This document shows, piece by piece, positions 40,291-52,650 of a stretch of DNA of 64,000 nucleotides (positions are counted from its first letter, which is position 1; each line of letters begins with the position of its first letter). The position numbers and the translations under genes are program-made. Source of the DNA: Octopus sinensis. Lineage: Eukaryota. The stretch covers positions 50,778,001 to 50,842,000 of the forward strand of contig NC_042998.1 of assembly GCF_006345805.1 (NCBI RefSeq), read 5' to 3'. The notes below the pieces were generated by a model. The model had not been told where the DNA came from. It ran no database searches and worked only from the letters and a program-made list of their open reading frames with translations.

Positions 40291-40979
40291 AGTAAATTGT
40301 GAATGAGAAATTTCAGCCTAGTAATTGCAGTCTGAGAATTGCTGAAAATGGTCAAGTTTCTTTTTTATCTATTTAGGTACAGGAGTGGCTGTGTCGCAAG
40401 TAGCTTGCTTACCAGCCACATGGTTCCGGGTTCATTCTCACTGCGTGGCACCTTGGGCAAGTGTTTTCTACTATAGCCTCAGTCTGACCAAAGCCTTGTG
40501 AGTGGATTTGGTAGATGGAAACTGAAAGAAGCCCATCATGTATATTTATGTGTGTGTATGTGTGTGTGTGTGTGTGTGTGTGTATCTGTGTTTGTTTTCC
40601 CAACATTACTTGACAACCGATGTTAGTGTGCTTGCATCCCCACTCCAACATGGCCACAGTCAAATGATTGAAACAAGTAAAAGAATAAAAGAATATGAGA
40701 GTAGTAGGAGTAAGAGGAGGAAGACCAATAACTTTTACAGACACTTCTAGAATGGTGAGATCAAAACAATTGATGTTTATCGTGAACATTGGGCAGGGAA
40801 GGGGTTCTCAAGGTGATGTAGTTCTGGGAAAATAGATTACATAAAGCATTGAATATAAGACCTGGTAGATGTCACACTATAAGGGTGATGGGAGGAAGAA
40901 GGGCAGGTGGATTGTATTTAGTTTAGTGAAGAGATGGCAATTCAATTAGCAGTGTAGAGAGTTTGTAATAATAATAATG

Positions 40980-41170
40980 CTCAAAACTAACTGGACGTGA
41001 TACCAATAGTAACTGATGCACTTGGAAGTATCAGCACTGTAAAGATACAAAAATCATCATAGCTTGGAACTGAAAGAGTTCTCCGCAGGGGTTCTTGAAG
41101 CATAATCAGTAAACAAGAGTCACCTTAGTCTGTTTGTTGTTGGCAGCAAAATAAGCTGAGAGGTCTCATT
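40980..41170 (+). mobile_element. R4/Dong-type LINE extreme 3' end
   Basis: LDVIPIVTDALGS..LGTERVLRRVLEA*, short 3' UTR, (TAA)n tail. Confidence 0.55.
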
Positions 41171-41185
41171 AAAATAATAATAATA

Positions 41186-41220
<35 letters not shown>

Positions 41221-41248
41221 AATAATAATATTAATAATAATAATAATG

Positions 41249-41285
<37 letters not shown>

Positions 41286-41357
41286 GTATGAGTTTCTTTG
41301 CCCTAGGAGTCGGGAAGACACTCGGCAAGAAATGGAAACAAATTTGAAAGAAGAAGA

Positions 41358-41413
<56 letters not shown>

Positions 41414-41415
41414 TA

Positions 41416-41462
<47 letters not shown>

Positions 41463-41592
41463 TAATAATAATAATAAGTATGAGTTTCTTTGCCTAGGAG
41501 TCGGGAAGACACTCGGCAAGAAATGGAAACAAATTTGAAAGAAGAAGAAATAATAATAATAATAATAATAAATAATAATAATAATAATAATG

Positions 41593-41624
<32 letters not shown>

Positions 41625-41630
41625 TAATAA
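41165..41630. repeat. (TAA)n field containing a tandem duplication (~191-bp period)
   Basis: Unique 70-bp block TATGAGTTTCTTTG..GAAAGAAGAAGAAAT at ~41287 and ~41478. Confidence 0.85.
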
Positions 41631-42047
41631 TAAGGAAGAGCTCCACACTGAGTAACAGGAGGAGCTCTGCATTGAATAATAATAATAAAAGAAAAATATT
41701 GTCTAAGTATTTCCAAAAACATCTTAAACTGCGAACGTTATCAAAAGTACTTTTAAATGTACATAATAGCAAACAACTTTTACTGTCATCTTAAGATCAC
41801 ACTATCATATTACCATCAAATTACTTTTAAAACAAACTTTTAATTTTCTTATGTTTTGACAGACACTGTCTTGAATAATACTCTGCAAAACCAAAAGTGT
41901 GGCACCCTAATCATAAAACCAGCTTGAATTTCTAGCTTGTCTCCTGAGGTCTCTGGGTGAGACTTGGAGTCAACTTGTACGAATGCAAAGCAAAAACTAA
42001 ACATCTCCTAATGTAATATAATAACAAGTGTAGTGTTTTTATATATT

Positions 42048-42089
<42 letters not shown>

Positions 42090-42415
42090 TAATGTTTTTG
42101 TTCAAAATCACCAAGTAGAAGTAGGATAGGGTAGGAGAAAGAGTAGTATAAGTGATGGGAAAGGAGAGAAAATAGTAATTCAGTGAAGGAGAAGTAGTGT
42201 GAGTAATAGCCCTGACTGAGAGAGAGTGAGAGTAAGTAATAGCAATGAGAGAAAGGAAGTGGCAAAGAGTGCATCGTGTATCTTCTATTTTTATCTATCA
42301 CAACATATGAATGAGAAAGAAGGGCTGATAGATGAATAATGAAGGAAGGGGGGGAAGATCAGAGTTTCAACTCTATGTGAGTTTATGAGTATGTATGTAA
42401 AAGGAGGTATGTGAA

Positions 42416-42460
<45 letters not shown>

Positions 42461-42709
42461 AATGGAAATGGGATGGTGAACATTCAATGCTGAAAAGAAA
42501 AATCAACTCTGATTGAGTATATATGTGTATCTGTGAGCATGTACAAGGAAGTATGTGAATATTTGTATCTGTGATTATTATGTACCTTATTTTATACCTT
42601 TTTTATATATAAAATACTACAATTAGTCATCATTTTTGATCACACAGGGTTAGCTAGTATAATAATAATGATGATGATGATGATGATGATAATAATAATA
42701 ATAATAATC

Positions 42710-43310
42710 TCCGCTCTGCTGCATCTGAAACCACTGCCCATATTACAAACGAGTACCCTAGATTTGCCCCAAACCACTACATGTTGTGGTGACATGATCA
42801 GGTAGCGAAAGTGCTACATTGGAATCTGTACGAAAAGTGGGGGCTAGAAAGAGTCAAAACGTGGTATGAGCACAAACCACAGAGAGTGGCAGAATTGGAG
42901 ACTAGCAAAATCCTCTATCAGACTGGACCTAATGGTAGTGGACAAGATGCACCACATATGCTATATGGTTGATGTTGCATGCTCCTTTGACCCACGAATA
43001 GTCAAGAAGGAAGGCTAAAAAAGATAGATAGATACAACCCTCTTAAGTACAAAATAACCTGGCTATAGAAAATGAAGGTGAAAGTGTTGGGTCCTTGGGA
43101 ACAGTATCAGAAGGCATCAAGGGGAATATGAAGGAAATTGGAATAGAGTGCCCGGTAGAACTGTTACAAAAGGTTTGCCACCTTGGTATGGCCAGAATAA
43201 TCAGGAAAATATTAGACAGCTGAAAAGAATGGATAGCATGATCCTGTAGGCTGCAGTTAGCAAGCCCACAATGCATGTAAAAGTCCAGTAGCTCCAACAA
43301 AACATGTGAT
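42710..43310 (+). mobile_element. R4/Dong-type RLE LINE 3' fragment
   Basis: HDQVAKVLHWNLYEKWGLE..WYEHKP..DVACSFD..GSLGTVS..ELLQKVCHLGMARIIRKILDS*. Confidence 0.8.
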
Positions 43311-43319
43311 AAAGAGAGA

Positions 43320-43339
43320 TGATAATAATAATAATAATG

Positions 43340-43394
<55 letters not shown>

Positions 43395-43660
43395 GAAGAA
43401 GAAGAAGAAGAAGAAGGAGGAGGAGGAGGAGGAGGAGGAGAGAAGAAGAAGAAGAAGAAGAAGGACAAGAAGAAGGAGAAAGAGGAGGAGGAGGAGGAGG
43501 AGGAGAGGAGGAGGAGAAGAAGAAGAAGGACAAGAAGAAGGAGAAAGAGGAGGAGGAGGAGGGGAGGAGGAGAAGAAGAAGAAGAGAAGAAGAAGAAGAA
43601 GAAGAGAAGAAGAAGAAGAAGAAGAAGAAGAAGAAGAAGAAGAAGAAGAAGAAGAAGCTG
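43320..43660. repeat. (TAA)(AAG)(GAG) compound microsatellite
   Basis: Direct reading. Confidence 0.95.
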
Positions 43661-44704
43661 AACTTCTCACCTAGCTGTAGAAAGATACAATATATACTGG
43701 GTCATGCTGCATTAAGAAGTAGAAATACTCGAATGATTGTTGAATTCCAGTCTTTATGCTGTTTAAAGCCTGAAAAGTTATGGTCGCTAATCCATCTATC
43801 CAGGTCAGGTAACTTGCTCAAAACAAAGTAACTGTTCCATGCCAAATGCATTGATTGAGCGATGAGGTGTGAAAATTACATTAATCTTTCAGAAGCTAAT
43901 ATCTCATCTGCACATGCCATGACTACAGATGATAGCAGTAGTTTGCAAACTGAACTGGTCGATCCTGGTCATTGACAGTTTATTGTCTGTTCATCTGCTC
44001 AGCATCTTGTGATATTTGCCTTTGATTTCAATATGATTCATTTGCTGAAATAGTTCACACCTGCCATACTGCGTCCCATGATTTCAACATACCCTGGCTC
44101 AGGTGGTTACATGCTATTTAATACATAGTTGGGACCCTGACAAATGTACAACTCTGGATCAGAGCAGAGCTGAGTTCAAGAGTGCAGGCCTATTGCCAAA
44201 CTTTGGTGTCTAATGGTGGGTTCTTCAAAATATTCTGGGTAGGCACTAATTTGTAATAATGCTAAAGCAGAGTTTCAAAATAAATGTATCAGTGTAAATT
44301 TGAGGGTGAATCACTGAATAGTGAGAGGACAGTGCTGTCCAGTGCAGCCCCTGAGTGACAGGCATGCAATAATGACTAAGAGTTGGTTCCACACTCCTCA
44401 AAATCCTAGAACTTCTGAACCAGGGTCCAACTACTGGATTCAGTTTAAGTTGGCCTAATTATGACACATGAAGACAAATTGTGCGGGAAAGTTCCAACAT
44501 TCCACTGGATCATTATTAAGCTTATTAATTCCAAATTTCAACCACAGGAGATATTCGAAAAGATCCTGCATTGAAAAACAAATCAAGATGAAATTTATGC
44601 CAAAAAGCAATTAATAACCTAGCATTAATTTTACAAAGGCAATTCTCCAGCAAGACTGCAGTCCAGTATCTGAAACAAAACAAAAGATAAAAAGATATAC
44701 TTAC

Positions 44705-44926
44705 TTGAACAACTAATTGTTTGTCATGTCTTTCATGACTTGGTGAAGTTTCACTGTTCCGATGTATGTTAAGCAGTCGATAGACAATGTTAGCAACACC
44801 AAGCCCTCGAACAAGAGTGTCGCGTTGGACTAAAGCGCTTACTCGAATCAGCTCTTCATCATCACGGATTTCATCAGGTTTAGAACTATCATACCCAACA
44901 TCAAATTTCTCTTCTTTGGTCATAGA
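44705..44926 (-). CDS. internal exon of unidentified host gene (SMTKEEKFDVGYDSSKPDEIRDDEELIRVSALVQRDTLVRGLGVANIVYRLLNIH...KQLVVQ)
   Basis: Acceptor attattattttacag|, donor CAA|GTAAGT, 222 nt, phase 0/0, protein-like composition. Confidence 0.8.
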
Positions 44927-47900
44927 CTGTAAAATAATAATTGCCCAATATATGCCTTGATGGCTTTCTCTTATCCATATTTTAATTCTGGTCAAAACAA
45001 TTCCTTTCTGCATATTTTAAACTCTGGAACTCTCTTTCAGAATGTCAACCATAAACCCTTAAATGCTGGACATCATCAATTGATGTTTCATTAGAGAACA
45101 ACAAACATCATTAGCTGATATCTCGAAAATTTTACATGGAAACAGCCATCATCAAAGGAAAGTGATGAAACTATTATATTTCAGTAATGAAATTGTTAAT
45201 TTTGTTGAGCAAGAGGCAATTAAATATAATAGTTTTTATACTTGTTTAACTTTTAGCACACTGCATTTTCTCTAGAATTGTTTTTTCCTGCCAAACTGCC
45301 CTGTTACTACAGGGGAGAAAATTCATATGGTGACATAATGCACCTACAGTATGCTAAAGGTTAACCCTTTAGTATTTAAACCAGGCATAGCTGGCCCAGA
45401 TATCCTCCTTGTTTCATGTTCAAATTGGCCAGATTTGGCCTTTCAGGCTTACCCTGCAATGTTATTCTAAAAGTCCTTTCTACTATAGGCACAAGGCCTG
45501 AAGTTTTGGTGGAGGGGGCTAATCAATTACATCAACCCAGTGCTCCACTGGTACTTATCTAATCGATCCTGAAAGAATGAAAGGCAAGGTCAACCATGGG
45601 AGAATTTGAACTCAGAATGTAAAGACAGACAAAATGCCACTAAGCATTTTGTCCAGAGTGCTAATGAGTCTGCCAGCTCGCCACCTTAAAAAAATAATTG
45701 CTGCAGGCATTCTGAAAATAAACATGATTAATTCAAAACAACGTGAATTAATAAGCATTACATTTGGCAGAGTAATCTGAATGCTAAAGAAATAAACTAA
45801 AAACAAGTATAAAAATATAAAAATAACCCTTCAGAAAAAGAGATTTTTTTTTTGTTTTTTGCTTATTTTGCACACATATTCGTGCAAGCATTTCTTGCCA
45901 TTTAAGGTTCAATATATGTGTAGTTTAAGGCGGTGAGCTGGCAGAAACATTAGCACACCAGGCAAAATGCTTAGCGGCATTTCGTCTGTCCTTACGTTCT
46001 GAGTTCAAATTCTGCCGAGGATGACTTTGCCTTTCATCCTTTCGGGGTTGATAAATTAAGTACCAATTATGCACTGGGGTCAATGTAATTGACTTAATCC
46101 CTTTGTCTGTCCTTGTTTGTCCCCTCTATGTTTAGCCCCTTGTGGGCAATAAAGAAATAAGAAATGTTAGCATGCCAAGCAAAATACTTAGCGGTATTTT
46201 GTCTTTCTTTACATTATGAGTTCAACTCTGCCAAGTTCGACTTTGCCTTTCATCCTTTTGGGGGTCGATAAATTAAGTACCAGTTGCATACTGGGATCGA
46301 TCTAATCGACTGGACCCAGCCCCAAAATTCTGGGCTTTGTGCCTAGAGTAGAAAAGAATATATATGCAGTTCAACTGTTTAGTACCCATCACTTTTAAAG
46401 CACTGAAAAACTATAGCCTTACTCTAAGTATCTTTTAAGTATCCTTTATTCTTTAACCCTTTGGCATTCAGATATTACTTAATCAAATGCAATGCTTATT
46501 TATTCACATTGTTTTGAATTAATCATGCATTATCTCATAGCTTTGAGAGTTCAATGATGTGATTGTTTATTTTCAGAATGATATTGTAGAATAGGTGAGA
46601 AACTGGATGTGGCTAGTTTCACTATAAAACAGATACAATATTTGGGCTGGATGTGGCTGGTTTAAATACTACAGGTTAAAGTATACATAAGCATGTGCTT
46701 TTTAAATGTATTTAAAGTAAAAGGAAAGTCACATGGGAAATTCGCCTAAAAACAATGAATCTAGTTAAAATTTTTCTCAACAAAATTCTCATAAATATAT
46801 CGAAAAATTCAAATGTATCCACGTTCCAGCTTCTAAAAATTAAACTGGAAAATTTTGGTCATGATTTGAGCCATATACATACAATACAAAAGATGTACTA
46901 ATTTTTCTGTCTAATTTTTCACTTGAATCATTTCCTTGATGGTAACATAGTTGGTTTGTAAGATCTATTTCATAAACAGGGAATTAAGGAAAATTTTACA
47001 TGAGTCACACAACCTACAGTTTCTACTGAATTAGTTGTATTTCTTTCATAAACTGTAAATGAATAGAACATGCTGATCTGATCCTAGAATAGAATCAGAT
47101 TTTCAGCTCATCTTCACTTTATTACTCTGTCTTTTAACTTCTTAAATTTACAGAGTTCTTCTGATTGTGCTCAGCTACAAGCTCCTACCCCCTCTCTCTT
47201 TCGGAGAGGCACAAGCACCTACACGCACGGCAGTAACTTCCGCCTGCCGAATTCAATCACAAAGCTTCGGTTGGCTCGGGGCTATAGCAGAAGACACCTA
47301 CCCAAAGTGCCACGCAGTGGGACTGAACCCGAAACCATGTAGCTAAGAAGCAAGCTCCCTAACCAACGCCTCACTTTAACTTCTACTAGCAGTATCACCT
47401 GGCGTTGCTTGGGTTGTTTCGATCCTTTAGAAATGGAATTTTTGAAAAGTAGAAAATTTTGCATTATGTAGTTTGTTATTCTCTTTAAGTGAACATTTTT
47501 CTGGTTGAAATACACCAAAAAATGGCGACACAGCAGAAAAATAATCGTAAAAAATAGGGATTTTCATAGAAAATAAGCACCTTTTTGATGTAAATAATTT
47601 TTGGTGTTAACATGGTCCAATTTGAATTTTATCTTCTACGGAATGAAGAGCAAGCCTTCTTCAAGCAATTTTGGTCAACTTGCACCACAGGGTCTCAGAG
47701 GAGAGAGTGTTAGTTGAAGGCTACCAAACCTGCCATACACAGACAACTTCAGCTTTACATACAGAGAGATTTGCTATGAAAGGTTTTTTTGTGTGTGTGT
47801 AATAGGTATTTTAAACACTATTTTGTAAGTTGCTGACATCATAAGAATTTATAAGCTTGTAAGAGAACATAAAACAATTCTTTTATGGAATAGTGTAGCT

Positions 47901-49126
47901 TGAAGCACTTAGGGTAAAGGATAAAGACTACCTTCAGTCATGAATGACCATGGAATTGTTACAAGTTCAGACAATGTTGTTTATGGAAGACCAGCAGTCG
48001 CCCATGCATACCAGAATCCCCTCTCCACACCACCAATGTTATCCAAAAGAGAGACAAAGGCTGATAGAGCTTGGTACCAGCGATGTCACAACTCATTTCT
48101 ACAGCTGAGTAAAACTGGAGCAATGTGGAATAAAGTATATTGCTCAAGAACACAACACACAGCCCAATCCAGAAATGAAACTCAGCACCTCATGATTATG
48201 AGCCCAACGCTTTAACCACTGAGTCTTGAAAGGTTTCAAATTTTGGCACAAGGCCAGCAATTTTGGGAGTTGAGTTAAGTTGGTTACATTGACCCCAGTG
48301 CTCAGCTGATATTTATTTTATCGACCCTAAAAGGATTAAAAGCAAAGTCAACCTTCCCAGAATTTGAAATTAGAACATAAAGATGAACAAAATGCCGTTA
48401 AGCGTTTTACCCATCATACTACTGACTCAGCCATCTTGCCTCCTATGCAAACCCATAAATAATCCTTTCTACTCTAAGCTCAAGGCTTGAATTTTTTGTG
48501 GGAGGGCCTAGTCAGTTCCACTGATCCCAGCGCGTAACTGGTACTTAGTTCGTCAACCCTGAAAGGATGAAAAGCAAAGTTGACCTCAGCAGAATTTGAA
48601 CTCATATTGTAAAGATGGACAAAATGCTGCTAAGCATTTTGCCTGGCATGCTAACGATTATGCCAGCTCGCTGACTTGAAACTCATTGATAACAGCATGG
48701 AAATATTGGGTTGTAAACATGTCTCACAAACAGCCTTTGACTTTTGCTATTCAAACAGGATTTTTCAACCCAATGTGGCTTTATGTACTTCAAGATCCAC
48801 TATTATATAAGTCTATGTGCTGCAGACAAATTGTTTGTTTTGCCTTTTTACTTACTATCTTTTATCTTTTAATGTTTACTTGTTTCAGTCAGTAGACTGT
48901 TGTAGACATGCTGAGGCACCGCCTTCAAGTTTAGTTGAATGAATCAACCCAGTACTTATTTTTTTAAAGCCGGGTACTTACTCTATCAGTCCCTTTTGCT
49001 GAACTGTTAAGTTATGGGGATGTAAACATACGAACACCAGTTGTCAAGTGGTGTAGGTGGTGGTGGCAGACAAACACAGACATAAAGAGACTCATACATA
49101 GACACACACATACATACATACATACA

Positions 49127-49390
<264 letters not shown>

Positions 49391-49854
49391 GCTTCTTTCA
49401 GTTTCCGTTAACCAAATCCACTCACAAGACTTTGATTGGCCCGAGGCTATAGTAGAAGACACTTTCCCAGGGTGACACACAGTGAGACTGAACCCAGAAT
49501 CATGTGGTTGGGAAGCAAGCTTCTTATTTCTTTATTGCCCACAAGGTGCTAAACACAGAGGAGACAAACAAGGACAGACAAAGGCATTAAGTCAATGACA
49601 CTGATCCCAGTGCGTAACCGGTACTTAATTTATCGACCCCGAAAGGATGAAAGGCAAAGTCGACCTCAGCAGAATTTGAACTCAGAATGTAACGGTAGAC
49701 GAAATACCACTAATCATTTTGCCCGGCGTGCTAATGTTTCTGCTAGCTCGCCGCCTTACCACACAGCAACACCTGCATCTCTACTAGATATGAATAAATT
49801 CATAACAATATTCCAAATAACAGAATGACACTTTCGGTTCTTTAAACTGCCTAC

Positions 49855-50035
49855 CTTTCTTTTATGGAGTGCACATATCTTCCTTTTGTTAGCATATGGT
49901 CCAGTGTGTTTTTTCGACTGTTTCTTGGGCATAGGACTTTCTGGACGCAAGTTTAGATTGGTATCCTTCTTTTTAATTTTCGTTATATACTCATTGTTTT
50001 CATTCTGCTTTTTTAAAAGATCTTCTCTTTGCTGC
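49855..50035 (-). CDS. internal exon of unidentified host gene (QQREDLLKKQNENNEYITKIKKK...RKICALHKRK)
   Basis: Acceptor ttcttggtgatttcag|, donor AAG|GTAGGC, 181 nt, phase 2 to 0, joins the 44926 exon in frame. Confidence 0.7.
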
Positions 50036-50714
50036 CTGAAATCACCAAGAATAACAGAGGAAATGAAAGATGGTTTTGTAATTCAGATTTCAAACTACAT
50101 TTTTCAGTTTGAAAATGACTACGTTAACAAACTGAAAAACATGAAAAAAAAAACCCCCAAAAATCTTTAACAAGTGAAATATGGTTAATTAACAAAAATG
50201 GAATTGAAGAATATAATATCTATTTCTACTGTTTCCCTTTAAAATACATTCATAGAAAAAATGTAATTAAAAAGTACAGCTCTATGGTAGATCTCAACAA
50301 AGGATGAATGAATGGGTTAAAGATTTTACAGCACAATTTTGGCTCCTTATAATTATGACTACTGAATCATGCTGTCAGCTCTATATAACTGAACATGTTA
50401 TCAGCTTTTTGCGTAGCATGTTATCAGCTTCCCTTGTACGTTGATAAAATGTATATCAGTTAAAATGCAAAGGTAATTAACTAAGAGCATGGTGGCCTGA
50501 CACACAGCAAAGTGGTTTTGATATAAGATTGTAGCTTTGTAGCAGCTATTGATATACTGTTTTCTAGATCACATTAATAAGATCAAAAGCGAGAAATGAA
50601 ATGTTAGAAAAACTAAAATACACATAAAAATATCGCACAGACTTTCTAATATATACATATACTATGTATATGTGTGTGTATGTGTATGTATATATGTATG
50701 TATGTGTATGTATG

Positions 50715-50771
<57 letters not shown>

Positions 50772-50929
50772 ATATATATATATGTATCATCATCATCATC
50801 ATCATCATCATTTAGCGTCCGTTTTCCATGCTAGCATGGGTTGGACGGTTCAACTGGGGTCTGGGGAGCCCGAAGGCTGCACCAGGCCAGTCAGATCTGG
50901 CAGTGTTTCTACAGCTGGATGCCCTTCCT

Positions 50930-52015
50930 AACGCCAACCACTCCGAGAGTGTAGTGGGTGATTTTATGTGCCACCGACACAGGTGCCAGACGAGGCTGGC
51001 GAACGGCCACGCTCGGATGGTGTTTTTATGTGCCACCGACACAGGTGCCAGACGAGGCTGGCAGACGGCCACGCTCGGATGGTGTTTTTATGTGCCACCG
51101 ACACAGGTGCCAGATGAGGCTGGCAGGTGCCAGACGAGGCTGGCAGACGGCCACGCTCGGATGGTGTTTTTATGTGCCACCGACACAGGTGCCAGATGAG
51201 GCTGGCGGACGGCCACGATCGGATGGTGTTTGTTACGTCCCCAAAGCACGGAGGCCAGTCTATGCGGTACTGGCTACGGCCACATTCGGATGATTTTCTT
51301 GTGTGCCACCGGCACTGGTACCACAAAGATACAAATTCCATTTATGTTCATCTATTTTGATTTGTTTTGATTTGATTTGATTTTCACTTGCCTCAACAGG
51401 TCTTCACAAGTGTCACTTGCCTCAACAGGTCTTCACAAGTGTCACAAGAAGGAAGGTATGCACAGGTGGACTGTCTACGTCGCCGGGTCTTCGGATGGTG
51501 TCTTTATGTGCCACCGACACAGGTGCCAGATGTGGCTGGCGAACGGCCACGATCGGATGGTTTTCTTGTGTGCCACCGGTACTGGAACCACAAAGATACA
51601 AATTCCATTGATGTTCATCTATTTTGATTTGGTTTGATTTTCACTTGCCTCAACAGGTCTTCACAAGTGTCACGCGTGTCACACACTTGCCTCAACAGGT
51701 CTCCACAAGTGTCACACACTTGCCTCTGCCTCAACAGGTCTTCACAAGTGTCACACACTTGCCTCTGCCTCAACAGGTCTTCACAAGTGTCATAAGAGGG
51801 AAGGTATGCACAGGTGGACTGACTACGTCGCCGGGTCTTTGGATGGTGTTTTTATGTGCCACCGACACAGGTGCCAGGTGAGGCTGGCGAACGGCCACGA
51901 TCAGATGGTGTTTGTTGTGCCCACAGCACGGAGGCCAGTCGATGCGGTACCAGCTACGGCCACTTCGGATGGTTTTCTTGTGTGCCACCGGTACTGGACC
52001 ACAAAGATACAAATT
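50930..52015 (-). repeat. 62-bp tandem units plus larger duplications inside an RTE 3' UTR
   Basis: ATGTGCCACCGACACAGG at 50966, 51028, 51090, 51172, 51506, 51855. Confidence 0.85.
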
Positions 52016-52026
52016 CCATTATATAT

Positions 52027-52103
<77 letters not shown>

Positions 52104-52110
52104 TATATAT

Positions 52111-52157
<47 letters not shown>

Positions 52158-52162
52158 TATAT

Positions 52163-52210
<48 letters not shown>

Positions 52211-52474
52211 ATGTACACAGTACTATTAACTGTTGGGCTAAGTGAAGACCTATAAAGAAACTTGCTTCATGGATGGCTCAAATTTTTTTTCTGCTATTGA
52301 ATAATGCTTACTCAGTTTAAGCCAGTATTGCTTCCAATAAAAGTATTTAGTGCTATTCTTCTAAATGTGTGAACTAAACGCTATAATGTAATTGCAACAC
52401 TGTACGACATATTTCCTGCCAAGAATTACATCATGCCAAACTCTCATCATCTATCAATTTCCAGTTGTTCAAAT

Positions 52475-52503
52475 ACATCATCATCATCATCACCATCACC
52501 ATC

Positions 52504-52537
<34 letters not shown>

Positions 52538-52650
52538 TCACCACCACCACCACTACCATCATCATCATCACCATCACGATCACCACCACCACCACCACCA
52601 CCACCACCACCACCATCATCATCCTCATCATCATCGTCATCATCATCATT
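52475..52650. repeat. (CAT)/(CAC) compound microsatellite
   Basis: Direct reading; source of the poly-His ORF. Confidence 0.95.

Noticed and set aside
43671-43769. Minus-strand exon between 44705 and 38180
   Set aside because: The strong donor gives an in-frame TAG; the stop-free option needs a weak donor; the flanking exons join without it.
50966-51240. CRISPR-like regular repeats (also 63208-63452)
   Set aside because: Head-to-tail units with no unique spacers, eukaryotic context, no cas genes.
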